The notes under the pieces: generated by a model
What the model was told of the DNA's origin: nothing
The model's input: the letters and a program-made list of their open reading frames with translations, nothing else
Database searches by the model: none
Part shown: one piece after another, positions 24,760 through 33,223 of the stretch
Position numbering within the stretch: position 1 is the stretch's first letter
Layout of the letters: the number at the start of each line of letters is the position of its first letter
Made by a program: the position numbers and the translations under genes
DNA from: Candidatus Harrisonbacteria bacterium RIFCSPLOWO2_01_FULL_44_18
Lineage (GTDB): Bacteria > Patescibacteriota > Minisyncoccia > UBA6257 > WO2-44-18
NCBI GenBank assembly: GCA_001817915.1
Contig: MHJJ01000014.1
Location: forward strand, 3,695-67,694
DNA length: 64,000 nucleotides
Direction of reading: 5' to 3'

Positions 24760-25464
24760 TTAAATTGGATTTTGAATAATGTCGGGGATCATTGATGGAA
24801 CCAGTCCCAAGCGGTTACGCGCGGAACGGGGATCGCAAAACATGATCATAATCTTGTTTGTTCTGAAATGAACGTATGCTTGATATTGAGATAGATCGCC
24901 GTCGCCATTATCGGCGCACCAAATCGCCTGTTCATTAAAAATAAGTTTTTTTCTAAGCAAGCGGCGGATCAGCCAAGTGTAGACGTAGACTACGGCCCTT
25001 TCCCGAATTTGCGTTTCTCCAGTGAAGCGTTCTTCTTGATCGAAAAAACTTTTCCGCAAACTGCCGCTTAGAATCGCCTTTCTTAGCAAATACCACTTGA
25101 GTTCGCAGGTCTCGCGCTTCACGAAATCCATTTTTGTAATATCTGCCGCCTCTTCGCTTAAAATCGAGTTTTTCGCCTGGACAAATTTTACCCCCGGAAT
25201 TTTACCGCATAGAAATATAATCCTATTTATTGTGAGCGGGCGATTGGCGCCGTCTTGAGTTAGGCCCGGGAAGAGCACATAGTCGTCTTTACATTCTATG
25301 AGTTTAGCCGGAGAAAAGGGGATGACATCCAGACGCGTTTTTTCTGGAATAGATAATTTTGTTTTCCAAATCTCGCAGACTTCCATATAATCCATAAAAT
25401 TGTTTCCCATTATTTTTCGAGCGCCCCAGCGGGAGGTTCCATCATCTGTCATTTCGCGCCTCAT
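24760..25464 (-). CDS. hypothetical protein (orphan, in tRNA/MITE hotspot)
   Basis: 234-aa ORF with no recognisable motif. AT-rich upstream region. Confidence 0.5.
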   Translation of the reverse strand: MRREMTDDGTSRWGARKIMGNNFMDYMEVCEIWKTKLSIPEKTRLDVIPFSPAKLIECKDDYVLFPGLTQDGANRPLTINRIIFLCGKIPGVKFVQAKNSILSEEAADITKMDFVKRETCELKWYLLRKAILSGSLRKSFFDQEERFTGETQIRERAVVYVYTWLIRRLLRKKLIFNEQAIWCADNGDGDLSQYQAYVHFRTNKIMIMFCDPRSARNRLGLVPSMIPDIIQNPI

Positions 25465-25559
25465 TGAATTTTTTGATGAACTGCTTAAACTATAAAGATT
25501 AGTGAAAAATTAGTCAATTAGGGGTAAAATATTTTTAAATTGCCCTAAGAAATAAATTT

Positions 25560-25592
25560 GGAAGCGTTGCAGAGTGGACGAATGCACCATTT
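25560..25592 (+). pseudogene. tRNA-Ser 5' fragment (acceptor + D arm duplicate)
   Basis: GGAAGCGTTGCAGAGTGGACGAATGCACC aligns to the first about 30 nt of the adjacent tRNA-Ser. No matching 3' half was found. Confidence 0.4.
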
Positions 25593-25607
25593 GGCTCTAT
25601 TCAAAGC

Positions 25608-25694
25608 GGAGGGTTGGCAGAGTGGTCTAACGCGCCGCACTTGAAATGCGGTTTCCCGGAAACGGGATCACAGGTTCGAATCCTGTACCCTCCG
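25608..25694 (+). tRNA. tRNA-Ser (anticodon UGA), type II
   Basis: Acceptor GGAGGGT/ACCCTCC, anticodon arm CCGCA CTTGAAA TGCGG, long variable arm, T-arm ACAGGTTCGAATCCTGT. Flanked by 12-bp inverted repeats tctattcaaagc/gctttgaataga. Confidence 0.85.
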
Positions 25695-25768
25695 CTTTGA
25701 ATAGAAACTTGTCCTCCGAAGGAGGATCCGCCTCCGGTGGAAAATGCGGTATCGCAACCAAAAAGAAA

Positions 25769-25790
25769 AACTCCGCGTTGCGGAGTTTTT
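25769..25790 (+). terminator. rho-independent terminator
   Basis: ctccgcgttgcggag hairpin followed by TTTTT. Confidence 0.55.
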
Positions 25791-26400
25791 ATAATGAGGG
25801 TTTTCCGGGCAATTCATGGCATTTGTAACAACGGACTTCGTAAGTTTCTTTGCCGCCGACCCGGATCAAAGGAGCATGGTAAGCCGCCGGTTTTCCTCTG
25901 ATTAGCCGTTGTGGTAATCTTGCCGGTTTTTTACAGCGGCCGCAGTGGGCGGCATCGCGCCTATCAATGCCGTCAGCCAAGGCCATCAAAAGAGGAGTTG
26001 AACCAAAGGGTTCGCCACGAAAATCCAGATCAAGGCCGGCCGCGATGACATCGTATCCCGCGGCGCAAATTTCACTTACCACCAGGTGTAAATTCGATGC
26101 CGCTGAAAAAAATTGAACTTCGTCCATGGCCGCCACATTAAAATGGCGCGTTCGTCCTAAAATTCGCAGCATTTTTTCCGGCTTATCAGTCTCAATTTCA
26201 TGAGCCGCCATTTTATTGCCATCGGCGCTTTCGATAAAACCTCGTTGACTGCGGGTGTCAATGCTGGGCTTAAACACAATCACTTTTCGCCCGCCATATT
26301 CCCTAAGCCGTTTAATTCGGCGAATAAGCTCATCGGTTTTTCCCGAAAACATTGTGCCGGTGATCACTGTCAACTTTCCTCTTGTGATTTTTTTGTTCAT
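25789..26400 (-). CDS. tdk: thymidine kinase
   Basis: P-loop GTMFSGKTDELIRR and C-terminal zinc ribbon CxxC...CxxC. Start set at the ATG at 26400 with a GAGGGGAG SD. The upstream extension of the long ORF lies in a MITE. Confidence 0.8.
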   Translation of the reverse strand: MNKKITRGKLTVITGTMFSGKTDELIRRIKRLREYGGRKVIVFKPSIDTRSQRGFIESADGNKMAAHEIETDKPEKMLRILGRTRHFNVAAMDEVQFFSAASNLHLVVSEICAAGYDVIAAGLDLDFRGEPFGSTPLLMALADGIDRRDAAHCGRCKKPARLPQRLIRGKPAAYHAPLIRVGGKETYEVRCYKCHELPGKPSL

Positions 26401-26440
26401 CGTCTCCCCTCGGAATTTTTCTATCAAGCAGCTGATGTCC

Positions 26441-26706
26441 AGAACCCATCTCAATAATAATCCCCAAACGCGTTCTTGGCTAGGGCCTGTCTGAGTGCGA
26501 GGCTTTCCGACGCAGGCGTACCTGAAAGGTACGTCGAGGAGGAATAACGAAGCAATCGGACAGGATAGCCAGAACCCGAAGGGATATGGCTCTTTTTGTC
26601 CATCGCGGCGTTGTCTCCTTTTCATCGTATTCTTTGAGTACGACTTCGTCGTCGCGCCTTGCGCTGAATGAAAAGAGTTCACATCGCGTTAGGAATTATT
26701 ATTGAG
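26441..26706. mobile_element. MITE-like element with 21-bp TIRs (AGAACCCATCTCAATAATAAT)
   Basis: agaacccatctcaataataat...attattattgagatgggttct. The interior is rich in hairpins (gcgtacctgaaaggtacgtc). Confidence 0.55.
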
Positions 26707-26754
26707 ATGGGTTCTCGTATATAATAAAGGTAAAATAATACGCAATTTTAATAA

Positions 26755-29373
26755 ATGATTACCAAAGAAACTTTGCGAAAATCTTTTTGGGCTTTGCCGG
26801 TTCACGAGGCGCTTGACGCGCTTGAAACTACTGCCAGCGGGTTGATGCGGGATGAAGCAGAAGAGCGTCTTAGGGTTTTCGGGAAAAACGTTTTAGCCAA
26901 AAGGATAAGAATAACTAAATTAAAAATTCTTGTCAGGCAGTTCGGAAGCCCGCTGATTTTTCTTTTGTTAATTGCCGGCGGCGTTACTTTGTTTTTGAAG
27001 GATTTTAAGGATGCCGGATTTATTCTTGCCGCCGCTTTAATAAACGCGATTTTGGGATTTTATCAAGAAAGCAAAGCCGAGACGGCGTTGGCGCATTTAA
27101 GAACTTACATCAGAGAACGCAATCGCGTATTTAGAGATAATCACGAGATAGAAGTTGATTCCAGCGAATTAGCGCCGGGAGACGTCATCCATTTATCTCA
27201 AGGGGATCGGATACCCGCGGACTGCCGATTAATTTATGTCAACGATTTTGCCGTTGATCAAGCGATTTTAACCGGCGAATCCCTGCCGGTTTCTAAAGAT
27301 ATCAAGCCCGCCAGTTTTCAGGCAGTCCTCGCGGATCAGAATTCAATGGTCTTTAGCGGCACGGTGGCGGTACAGGGGTTTGCCAATGCCGTTGTTTCCG
27401 CTACCGGCAAATACACCGAATTGGGGAAAATCGCCGCTCTAGTCGCGAGGCCGGAAAAGGAACGCACTCCTCTTCGCGAGGCAATAAATAAATTCAGTAT
27501 TAAGGCCAGCATTATTTTGATCGGATTAACGGCCCTGATTTTTTCGCTCGGCGTTTTGACGGGAAGTTCATTGCTGGATATGTTTTTGATTTCGGTGGCG
27601 ATCGTAGTTTCGGCGATACCGGAAGGATTGCCAATCGCGATGACCGTCATTTTGGCGGTAGGCGTGCAAAGATTGGCGTGGAAAAAAGGAATTGTCCGCA
27701 AATTGCTCGCGGCGGAAACAATGGGCAGCACCTCGGTAATTTTGACTGATAAGACCGGCACCTTGACTGAAGCCAAGATGGAACTTTCGGAAATAAAAGT
27801 TTATAAGGAGGACCGCGCGGAAGAGCGGAAAGAAACGATATTAAAACTCGCCATCCTTAATAGCGACGTGGTGATAGAAAATCCCGGCGATTCGCCTTTT
27901 GACTGGGAAATTATTGGCCGGCCGCTGGAGGTGGCGATTGTCAGATCGGCGGCCAAATTTGATATTTTGGCGCCGGATGTTCGTAAGAAAATGAAAGCCG
28001 TCGATTATCTTCCATTTAGTTCCGTAAATAAATTTTCGGCAAACGTTATTCAGCAAGGTTCGAAATATTTACTTAGCGTGTTCGGCGCGCCGGAAATTTT
28101 ATTAAAATTTTCTAATTTGCCCGATAATTCGCGCCGCCAAATTCATAGAGATGTCGACAAGGTCGCCTATGGCGGCGCGAGAGTTTTAGCAGTCGCGACA
28201 AAAGAATTATCGGGCATTGAAGGAGTTTCGCTTCGCCAGAAAGAAATTTTTAAAGATTTGGATTTTTTGGGAACAATGTCTTTTAGGGACCCGATTCGCA
28301 AAGAAGTCAGAGACGCGGTTAATCGGGTCGCTCAAGCCGGTGTCCGCACTTTAATTGTCACGGGAGATCATCGCGGCACCGCGGAGTTTGTAGCTAAAGA
28401 AGTCGGCATTTCTATTGATGGCGATAGTGTCATTGACGGCGCTGAACTTGACGCGCTGAACGATGAAGATCTTAAAAATAGACTTCCGAATTTAAGGATT
28501 GTTTCGCGGGTAAGTCCGGAAGGAAAATTGAGGATAGTTAAAGCGCTTCAGGGGATAGGGGAGATTGTGGCAATGACCGGCGACGGCGTGAATGACGCCC
28601 CAAGTTTAAAGGAAGCTGATATCGGCGTTAGCATGGGTTCGGGCACCGATGTTGCTAAAGATGTATCGGATTTAGTTTTGCTTGACGATAATTTTGAAAC
28701 CATCGTGGAAGCCGTGGCTGAGGGCCGAAGGATTATACAAAATATCAGAAAAGTAATCGTTTATCTGCTTTCAAATGCTTTGGACGGATTGATTTTAATT
28801 GGCGGGTCCTTGCTTATCGGCTTGAGCTTGCCGTTGAACGCGCTGCAGATTCTTTGGGTTAATTTTTTTACCGATAGTTTTCCGGCAATCGCCTTGGCTT
28901 TTGAAAAAAAGATTGACCATTGGGTTGATCGTCCCGCGCCAATCCATAAAGGATTGCTTGACTCGGAAATGAGATTTTTGATTCAAGTGATCGGAGCGCT
29001 CACGAGTGTTTTGCTTTTGGTTTTATACGTTGGCTTGCTTTATTTGGGTATTGAAGAAAAATTGGTTCACACTTTTATCTTTGCCGCCTTTGGGACATAC
29101 AGTTTGTTTTTGGTTTTCGCGGTTCGAAGTTTGAGACGGAGTATTTTCACTTATAATCCTTTTTCAAACCCCGCGCTTTTGGGAAGCGTGATTTTAGGAT
29201 TGGGATTAATGGCGATCGCGATTTACGTTCCTTTTCTCCAAAAATTATTCGGCACCATGCCCTTGCCGTTAAACTGGCTCTGGGGCATCGTGGGTTTGGG
29301 AATTTTGAATGTCTTCGCGATTGAGTTTGGAAAGTGGGTTTTTAGAAAAAAACAACTAACAACTAACAACTAA
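26755..29373 (+). CDS. cation-transporting P-type ATPase (P2-type, Ca2+/Mg2+-like)
   Basis: DKTGTLT phosphorylation motif, TGDGVNDAPSLK, TGES and about 10 TM helices. The C-terminus and stop codon run into a heptamer tandem repeat. Confidence 0.9.
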   Translation: MITKETLRKSFWALPVHEALDALETTASGLMRDEAEERLRVFGKNVLAKRIRITKLKILVRQFGSPLIFLLLIAGGVTLFLKDFKDAGFILAAALINAILGFYQESKAETALAHLRTYIRERNRVFRDNHEIEVDSSELAPGDVIHLSQGDRIPADCRLIYVNDFAVDQAILTGESLPVSKDIKPASFQAVLADQNSMVFSGTVAVQGFANAVVSATGKYTELGKIAALVARPEKERTPLREAINKFSIKASIILIGLTALIFSLGVLTGSSLLDMFLISVAIVVSAIPEGLPIAMTVILAVGVQRLAWKKGIVRKLLAAETMGSTSVILTDKTGTLTEAKMELSEIKVYKEDRAEERKETILKLAILNSDVVIENPGDSPFDWEIIGRPLEVAIVRSAAKFDILAPDVRKKMKAVDYLPFSSVNKFSANVIQQGSKYLLSVFGAPEILLKFSNLPDNSRRQIHRDVDKVAYGGARVLAVATKELSGIEGVSLRQKEIFKDLDFLGTMSFRDPIRKEVRDAVNRVAQAGVRTLIVTGDHRGTAEFVAKEVGISIDGDSVIDGAELDALNDEDLKNRLPNLRIVSRVSPEGKLRIVKALQGIGEIVAMTGDGVNDAPSLKEADIGVSMGSGTDVAKDVSDLVLLDDNFETIVEAVAEGRRIIQNIRKVIVYLLSNALDGLILIGGSLLIGLSLPLNALQILWVNFFTDSFPAIALAFEKKIDHWVDRPAPIHKGLLDSEMRFLIQVIGALTSVLLLVLYVGLLYLGIEEKLVHTFIFAAFGTYSLFLVFAVRSLRRSIFTYNPFSNPALLGSVILGLGLMAIAIYVPFLQKLFGTMPLPLNWLWGIVGLGILNVFAIEFGKWVFRKKQLTTNN

Positions 29374-29457
29374 CAACTAACAACTAACAACTAACAACTA
29401 ACAACTAACAACTAACAACTAACAACTAACAACTAACAACTAACAACTAACAACTAA
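29351..29457. repeat. tandem heptamer (CAACTAA) x about 15
   Basis: aacaactaacaactaac... perfect copies covering the ATPase stop codon and the 3' end of convergent comF. Confidence 0.9.
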
Positions 29458-30167
29458 ACCTTGGCTATTACCAGTCCGATGACTCTTGCCGCGCCGGCTT
29501 TTCGTAAAATTTTTACTGCTTCGTTCATAGTACTGCCGGAAGTAAATACGTCATCGATCGGGATTATCTTTTTGCCCTTAATCAACTCCGGATTTTTTAC
29601 CGCGAAGCATCCGGCAATGTTCTCTTGCCTTTTTTCTAATCCTTTTATTTCCGGCTGGGGCTTAGTATTTTTTATTCTGATTAAATTGCCGGTCATCAAT
29701 TTCACGCCAAGGGTTTTGCTGATTTCTTCGGCAATGGCTTCAGATTGATTAAACCCGCGCCCCCTTTCTCGAGAAGGATGAAGCGGGATCGGGATAATCA
29801 AACTTGCGGGACTTATTGGCCTTATAGGCCCTATGTAGGCCAGCAGGATTTTCGCCAGCGGTTTGGCGGCGCATTTTTGTTTTTTGTACTTGAGCCGCCA
29901 AATCAGTTTTTTTACTTTTTCATCGTCATAGGACGTTGCCGCGCCCAATAAGTAGGAGTCTTTTTTGTGGCAGACTTTTTTATTGTCGGCTAATCTTGCC
30001 CGACAGATCGAGCAATACAACGCGGTATTTATAGGAATAGAATTAAAACAAGAAGCGCAGATATATTCTTCCTTTTCGGTTTTTTGAAGAGCTTTTTCGC
30101 AAATCAAACAAATCGGCGGGGAGAGAATATCCAAAACAGCGCCTTTTAATCTTATTAAGTAATTCAT
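29454..30167 (-). CDS. comF: ComF-family competence protein (double zinc ribbon + phosphoribosyltransferase domain)
   Basis: N-terminal PPICLICEKAL...CASCF zinc ribbon, and a C-terminal PRTase motif KKIIPIDDVFTSGSTM. Confidence 0.75.
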   Translation of the reverse strand: MNYLIRLKGAVLDILSPPICLICEKALQKTEKEEYICASCFNSIPINTALYCSICRARLADNKKVCHKKDSYLLGAATSYDDEKVKKLIWRLKYKKQKCAAKPLAKILLAYIGPIRPISPASLIIPIPLHPSRERGRGFNQSEAIAEEISKTLGVKLMTGNLIRIKNTKPQPEIKGLEKRQENIAGCFAVKNPELIKGKKIIPIDDVFTSGSTMNEAVKILRKAGAARVIGLVIAKV

Positions 30168-30390
30168 AAGACCTCTTGCTTAATAATTTTTCGTTACGAA
30201 ATGGATAAATTTGAGGCGAAACAAAGCGAAAATTTCGAGGCATATACAAGAGTATCTGTCGAGAAATTTTCGCAAAGTTGTAGCCCAAATTTATACATTG
30301 CAGTAGAAAAGGTTATTACGCAAGAGGTCTATATTCTGGTATACTAAAGCTAGATTGTCGTTAAGGCAAATTCACTGAACTAAGAACTAA

Positions 30391-31470
30391 ATGGCTTTCG
30401 ATTTTTTTAAATCTTTACTCGGCGCCCAAAATTATTTGGCGGTTGATATCGGCACTACTTCGATAAAGGTTTTAGAATTTTCAAAAAAATCCAACGGCCG
30501 GCCGGCTCTTCGCAATTACGGATTTTTGGAAACCTACGGCTATCTGGAAAGATTTAATGAAGCCCTTCAAACCAGTAGTTTGAAAATGCTTGATGTGGAG
30601 GCGGCGAAGTATTTAAAAATAGTTTTGGATCGCGCCGGAATCAAGTCGCGGTCGGCGGTCGCGTCCATACCCGCCTTTATGGCCTTTACCACTTTAATCG
30701 AACTGCCAATGATGAGCGAAGCTGAAACTTCGCAGACAATGGATTTTCAGGCAAAACAGTATATTCCCATCCCGGTAAAAGCGGCCGCGATTGATTGGAT
30801 AAAGATAGGCGAACGCGAGGACGAAGAGGGGCGAAAGAGACAGCAAGTTTTTTTGATTTCCGTTCCAAAGGAACAAATTGAAAAATATCAAAAGATTTTC
30901 CGGCTAGCCGGTTTGAAATTAGCCGCTTTGGAAATCGAGGGTTTGAGTCTTGCTCGAGCGCTTAGCCGAGGCATTAAAGAGCCGGTTTTGATTGTTGATA
31001 TCGGCGCTCGTTCAACCAGCCTGACCGTCGGAGTAGACGGGCTTTTGAGATTCGCCGGTCAAACCGATTTTGCCGGCGGCTCCTTGACTCAAGCAGTGGC
31101 TTCGGGTTTGGGCATCGCCGCCCGACGAGCTGAAGAATTGAAGTGGCGGAAGGGCTTAATCGCCACCGGCGGCGAGCAAGAGTTATCCACACTGATGCTA
31201 CCGTTTTTAGATGTTATAATTAATGAGGCGAAAAGAGTCAAGCAGAATTACGAAACCAGTTATCAGAATAAGATAGCCGCGGTTATTTTGGCGGGAGGCG
31301 GGGCAAATTTGTTGGGTATAGAGAAATATTTTGGTCAACAGATAGAACTGCCGGCATCTTTAGCCGCTCCCTTCAAAGAGATTGACTATCCGCCGGAGAT
31401 TGCCTCGTTAATCAAAGATTTGGGACCGGCATTTTCAGCCGCGATAGGACTAGGGATGAAAGGGCTATAA
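30391..31470 (+). CDS. pilM: type IV pilus assembly ATPase-like protein PilM
   Basis: Actin-like fold signature LAVDIGTTSIKVLEF. Position at the head of the pilus operon. Confidence 0.85.
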   Translation: MAFDFFKSLLGAQNYLAVDIGTTSIKVLEFSKKSNGRPALRNYGFLETYGYLERFNEALQTSSLKMLDVEAAKYLKIVLDRAGIKSRSAVASIPAFMAFTTLIELPMMSEAETSQTMDFQAKQYIPIPVKAAAIDWIKIGEREDEEGRKRQQVFLISVPKEQIEKYQKIFRLAGLKLAALEIEGLSLARALSRGIKEPVLIVDIGARSTSLTVGVDGLLRFAGQTDFAGGSLTQAVASGLGIAARRAEELKWRKGLIATGGEQELSTLMLPFLDVIINEAKRVKQNYETSYQNKIAAVILAGGGANLLGIEKYFGQQIELPASLAAPFKEIDYPPEIASLIKDLGPAFSAAIGLGMKGL

Positions 31471-31612
31471 CGAAGTAATCGCGAACAACGCGAATCTATG
31501 CAAAATAATGCTAATAATTTATTCGCGTTATTTCGAATCAGATTAGCATTATTCGCGATTACTCCGATTCGTGTTATTTTGAAACAAATTAGCATTATTC
31601 GCGATTACTCCG
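31471..31612 (+). repeat. 145-bp structured intercistronic element, copy 1 (pilM stop to pilN start)
   Basis: cgaagtaatcgcgaacaacgcgaa...aatgctaataatttattcgcgttatttcgaatcagattagcattattcgcgattactccgATG, with several internal inverted repeats. Near-identical copies lie at 34958-35108 and 36183-36331. Confidence 0.85.
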
Positions 31613-32146
31613 ATGAATCAAAATCTTGTTGATAAATTTGAAACGGAAAGATTGCCGACCGGGTGGCCATGGCGGTTATTTTTGTTCAGTTTTTTGCTTT
31701 TCGCGGCGACGGTCGTCAGTTATTTTGGTTTGTCATTGGGCTATAAGCCGTTTTTAAACAGGCAAATTGCCGGAAAGGAAGCGGAAGTTAATCAATTGGC
31801 GGCGGCCGTTCCCGAAGCCGAGCAGGAAAATTTTATTAGATTTTATTCTCAATTGGCGAATTTGGAGAAAGTCTTAAACAACCATGTTGTTTCTTCCGCC
31901 CTCTTTCCATTTTTAGAAAGAAATACCAACGTCCAGATATATTACAATATCTTGGATTTCAGCGCTTCGGAGAAGAGATTGACTTTGGATGGCGTTGCTC
32001 AAAACTACGATATTTTAGCGCAGCAGCTCGAGGCTTTCACTCAAGCTAAAGAGGTTGAGCGGTTTTTAATCAATGAATCGCAATTAAGCGAAGGAAAAAT
32101 AAGATTTCGGGTATCGCTATTTTTAGCGCCGCAAGTATTGAGATAA
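31613..32146 (+). CDS. pilN: type IV pilus assembly protein PilN-like
   Basis: Single N-terminal TM, then a coiled-coil periplasmic domain. Position after pilM. Confidence 0.6.
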   Translation: MNQNLVDKFETERLPTGWPWRLFLFSFLLFAATVVSYFGLSLGYKPFLNRQIAGKEAEVNQLAAAVPEAEQENFIRFYSQLANLEKVLNNHVVSSALFPFLERNTNVQIYYNILDFSASEKRLTLDGVAQNYDILAQQLEAFTQAKEVERFLINESQLSEGKIRFRVSLFLAPQVLR

Positions 32147-32147
32147 A

Positions 32148-32717
32148 ATGAAGGCTTCAACTAAAAGAATTTTCAGTTTGTTGGGAATCGCCGCTTTGTT
32201 GGTGGCGACATTGGCGGTTTACGCGAGTTTAATCAGGCCTGAATATGAAATTGTGGCCCAGCTTCGCGGCGTTCTTTCGGCAAAGACCAAATTGCTTGAA
32301 GAACAGGGGCGGGTAATCGCTCAAGTTCAGGATTTGATCGCGCAGTATCAAGGCGCGGCTCAGCTTCAGGAAACTATTTCTCTGGCATTGCCAACGGATG
32401 AAGCAACGGCCTCTATTTTCCAGCAAGTTAACGCCATTGCCAGAGCGAACGGCCAGTCCACTCAGGCTTTTGGTTTAACGGCTTTGGCCATTAAGCCGGC
32501 GTCCAGCGACGCGCCCGGATCCAAAGGATTGGGGACGCTGCGGCTGAACTTCCGCCTTTTGGGTAATTACGGAGGATTTAAGGGATTCTTAAAAGCTCTT
32601 GAGACCAATGTCCGAGTTATGGATTTAGCCGGTTTGAAAATGGAACAGGCCGGTCGCCCCAATCAAGATTTATATTTTTATAATTTAGTGGTCGATACAT
32701 ACTATCAATCACATTAG
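32148..32717 (+). CDS. pilO: type IV pilus assembly protein PilO-like
   Basis: N-terminal TM plus coiled coil. Gene order pilM-N-O. Confidence 0.55.
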   Translation: MKASTKRIFSLLGIAALLVATLAVYASLIRPEYEIVAQLRGVLSAKTKLLEEQGRVIAQVQDLIAQYQGAAQLQETISLALPTDEATASIFQQVNAIARANGQSTQAFGLTALAIKPASSDAPGSKGLGTLRLNFRLLGNYGGFKGFLKALETNVRVMDLAGLKMEQAGRPNQDLYFYNLVVDTYYQSH

Positions 32718-32832
32718 TCTGTTATCGCGAGGCATTTATGCCGAGCTAGTTACCAGTTACCAATTACTTCGTGGAATCGCCGTGTAATCAGTAACTTGCT
32801 CAACATAAAGGTTTCGCGACACAGTTCAAAGT

Positions 32833-33123
32833 ATGGCCATACTTGTCAGCGAGCAAAAAAAACCGATTAACTGGTTCGCCATAATTTTTGTGGTGATTTT
32901 AATCGCGCTAGTCGCGGGCGGCGCCTACTATTTGTTTTTTGCTCCGACGCCGGGTATTGAAATAATCGTGCCTCCATCGCTTCAATCCGTTACTAAAATT
33001 TCCCAGGTTGAATTCGACCCGGCCGCCGTAGTTAACAGCCGGGCATTCAAAGTTTTGCGTTCTTATACCGGCTTGCCAAGTGTCGGAACGTTGGGAAGAG
33101 GTAATCCGTTTATTGGTTTTTAA
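32833..33123 (+). CDS. hypothetical small membrane protein in pilus operon
   Basis: 96 aa with a single TM (FAIIFVVILIALVAGGAYYLFF). Confidence 0.4.
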   Translation: MAILVSEQKKPINWFAIIFVVILIALVAGGAYYLFFAPTPGIEIIVPPSLQSVTKISQVEFDPAAVVNSRAFKVLRSYTGLPSVGTLGRGNPFIGF

Positions 33124-33223
33124 TAATTGTATAGACCGATGCTAAAAATGCGAAATAAATGCGAATTATGCGAAGTATAAAGTTTTTTCGCAACATTCGC
33201 ATCATCAATTTCGCATCGGTAAC

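Noticed and set aside
25695-25790. Search for a 3' half completing the upstream tRNA-Ser 5' fragment (as at the Ala and Arg loci)
   Set aside because: No CGCTTCC-type acceptor 3' strand or T arm was found downstream, only GGAGG/CCTCC hairpins and a terminator. It is reported as a fragment only.
25646-25828. 60-aa ORF overlapping tRNA-Ser(UGA) and the terminator
   Set aside because: It lies inside the tRNA and a terminator hairpin.
29351-29457. Possible CRISPR array (regular short repeats)
   Set aside because: It is a 7-bp perfect tandem repeat with no spacers. Likewise, the three 145-bp pilus elements are separated by whole genes, not by 30-40-bp spacers, and no cas genes are present.
31386-31595. 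Minus-strand ORFs 31386-31595 and 36247-36555 (translations contain IANNANLIRNNANKLLALF)
   Set aside because: They are translations of the repeated 145-bp intercistronic element: the same peptide from every copy, and no start or SD context.
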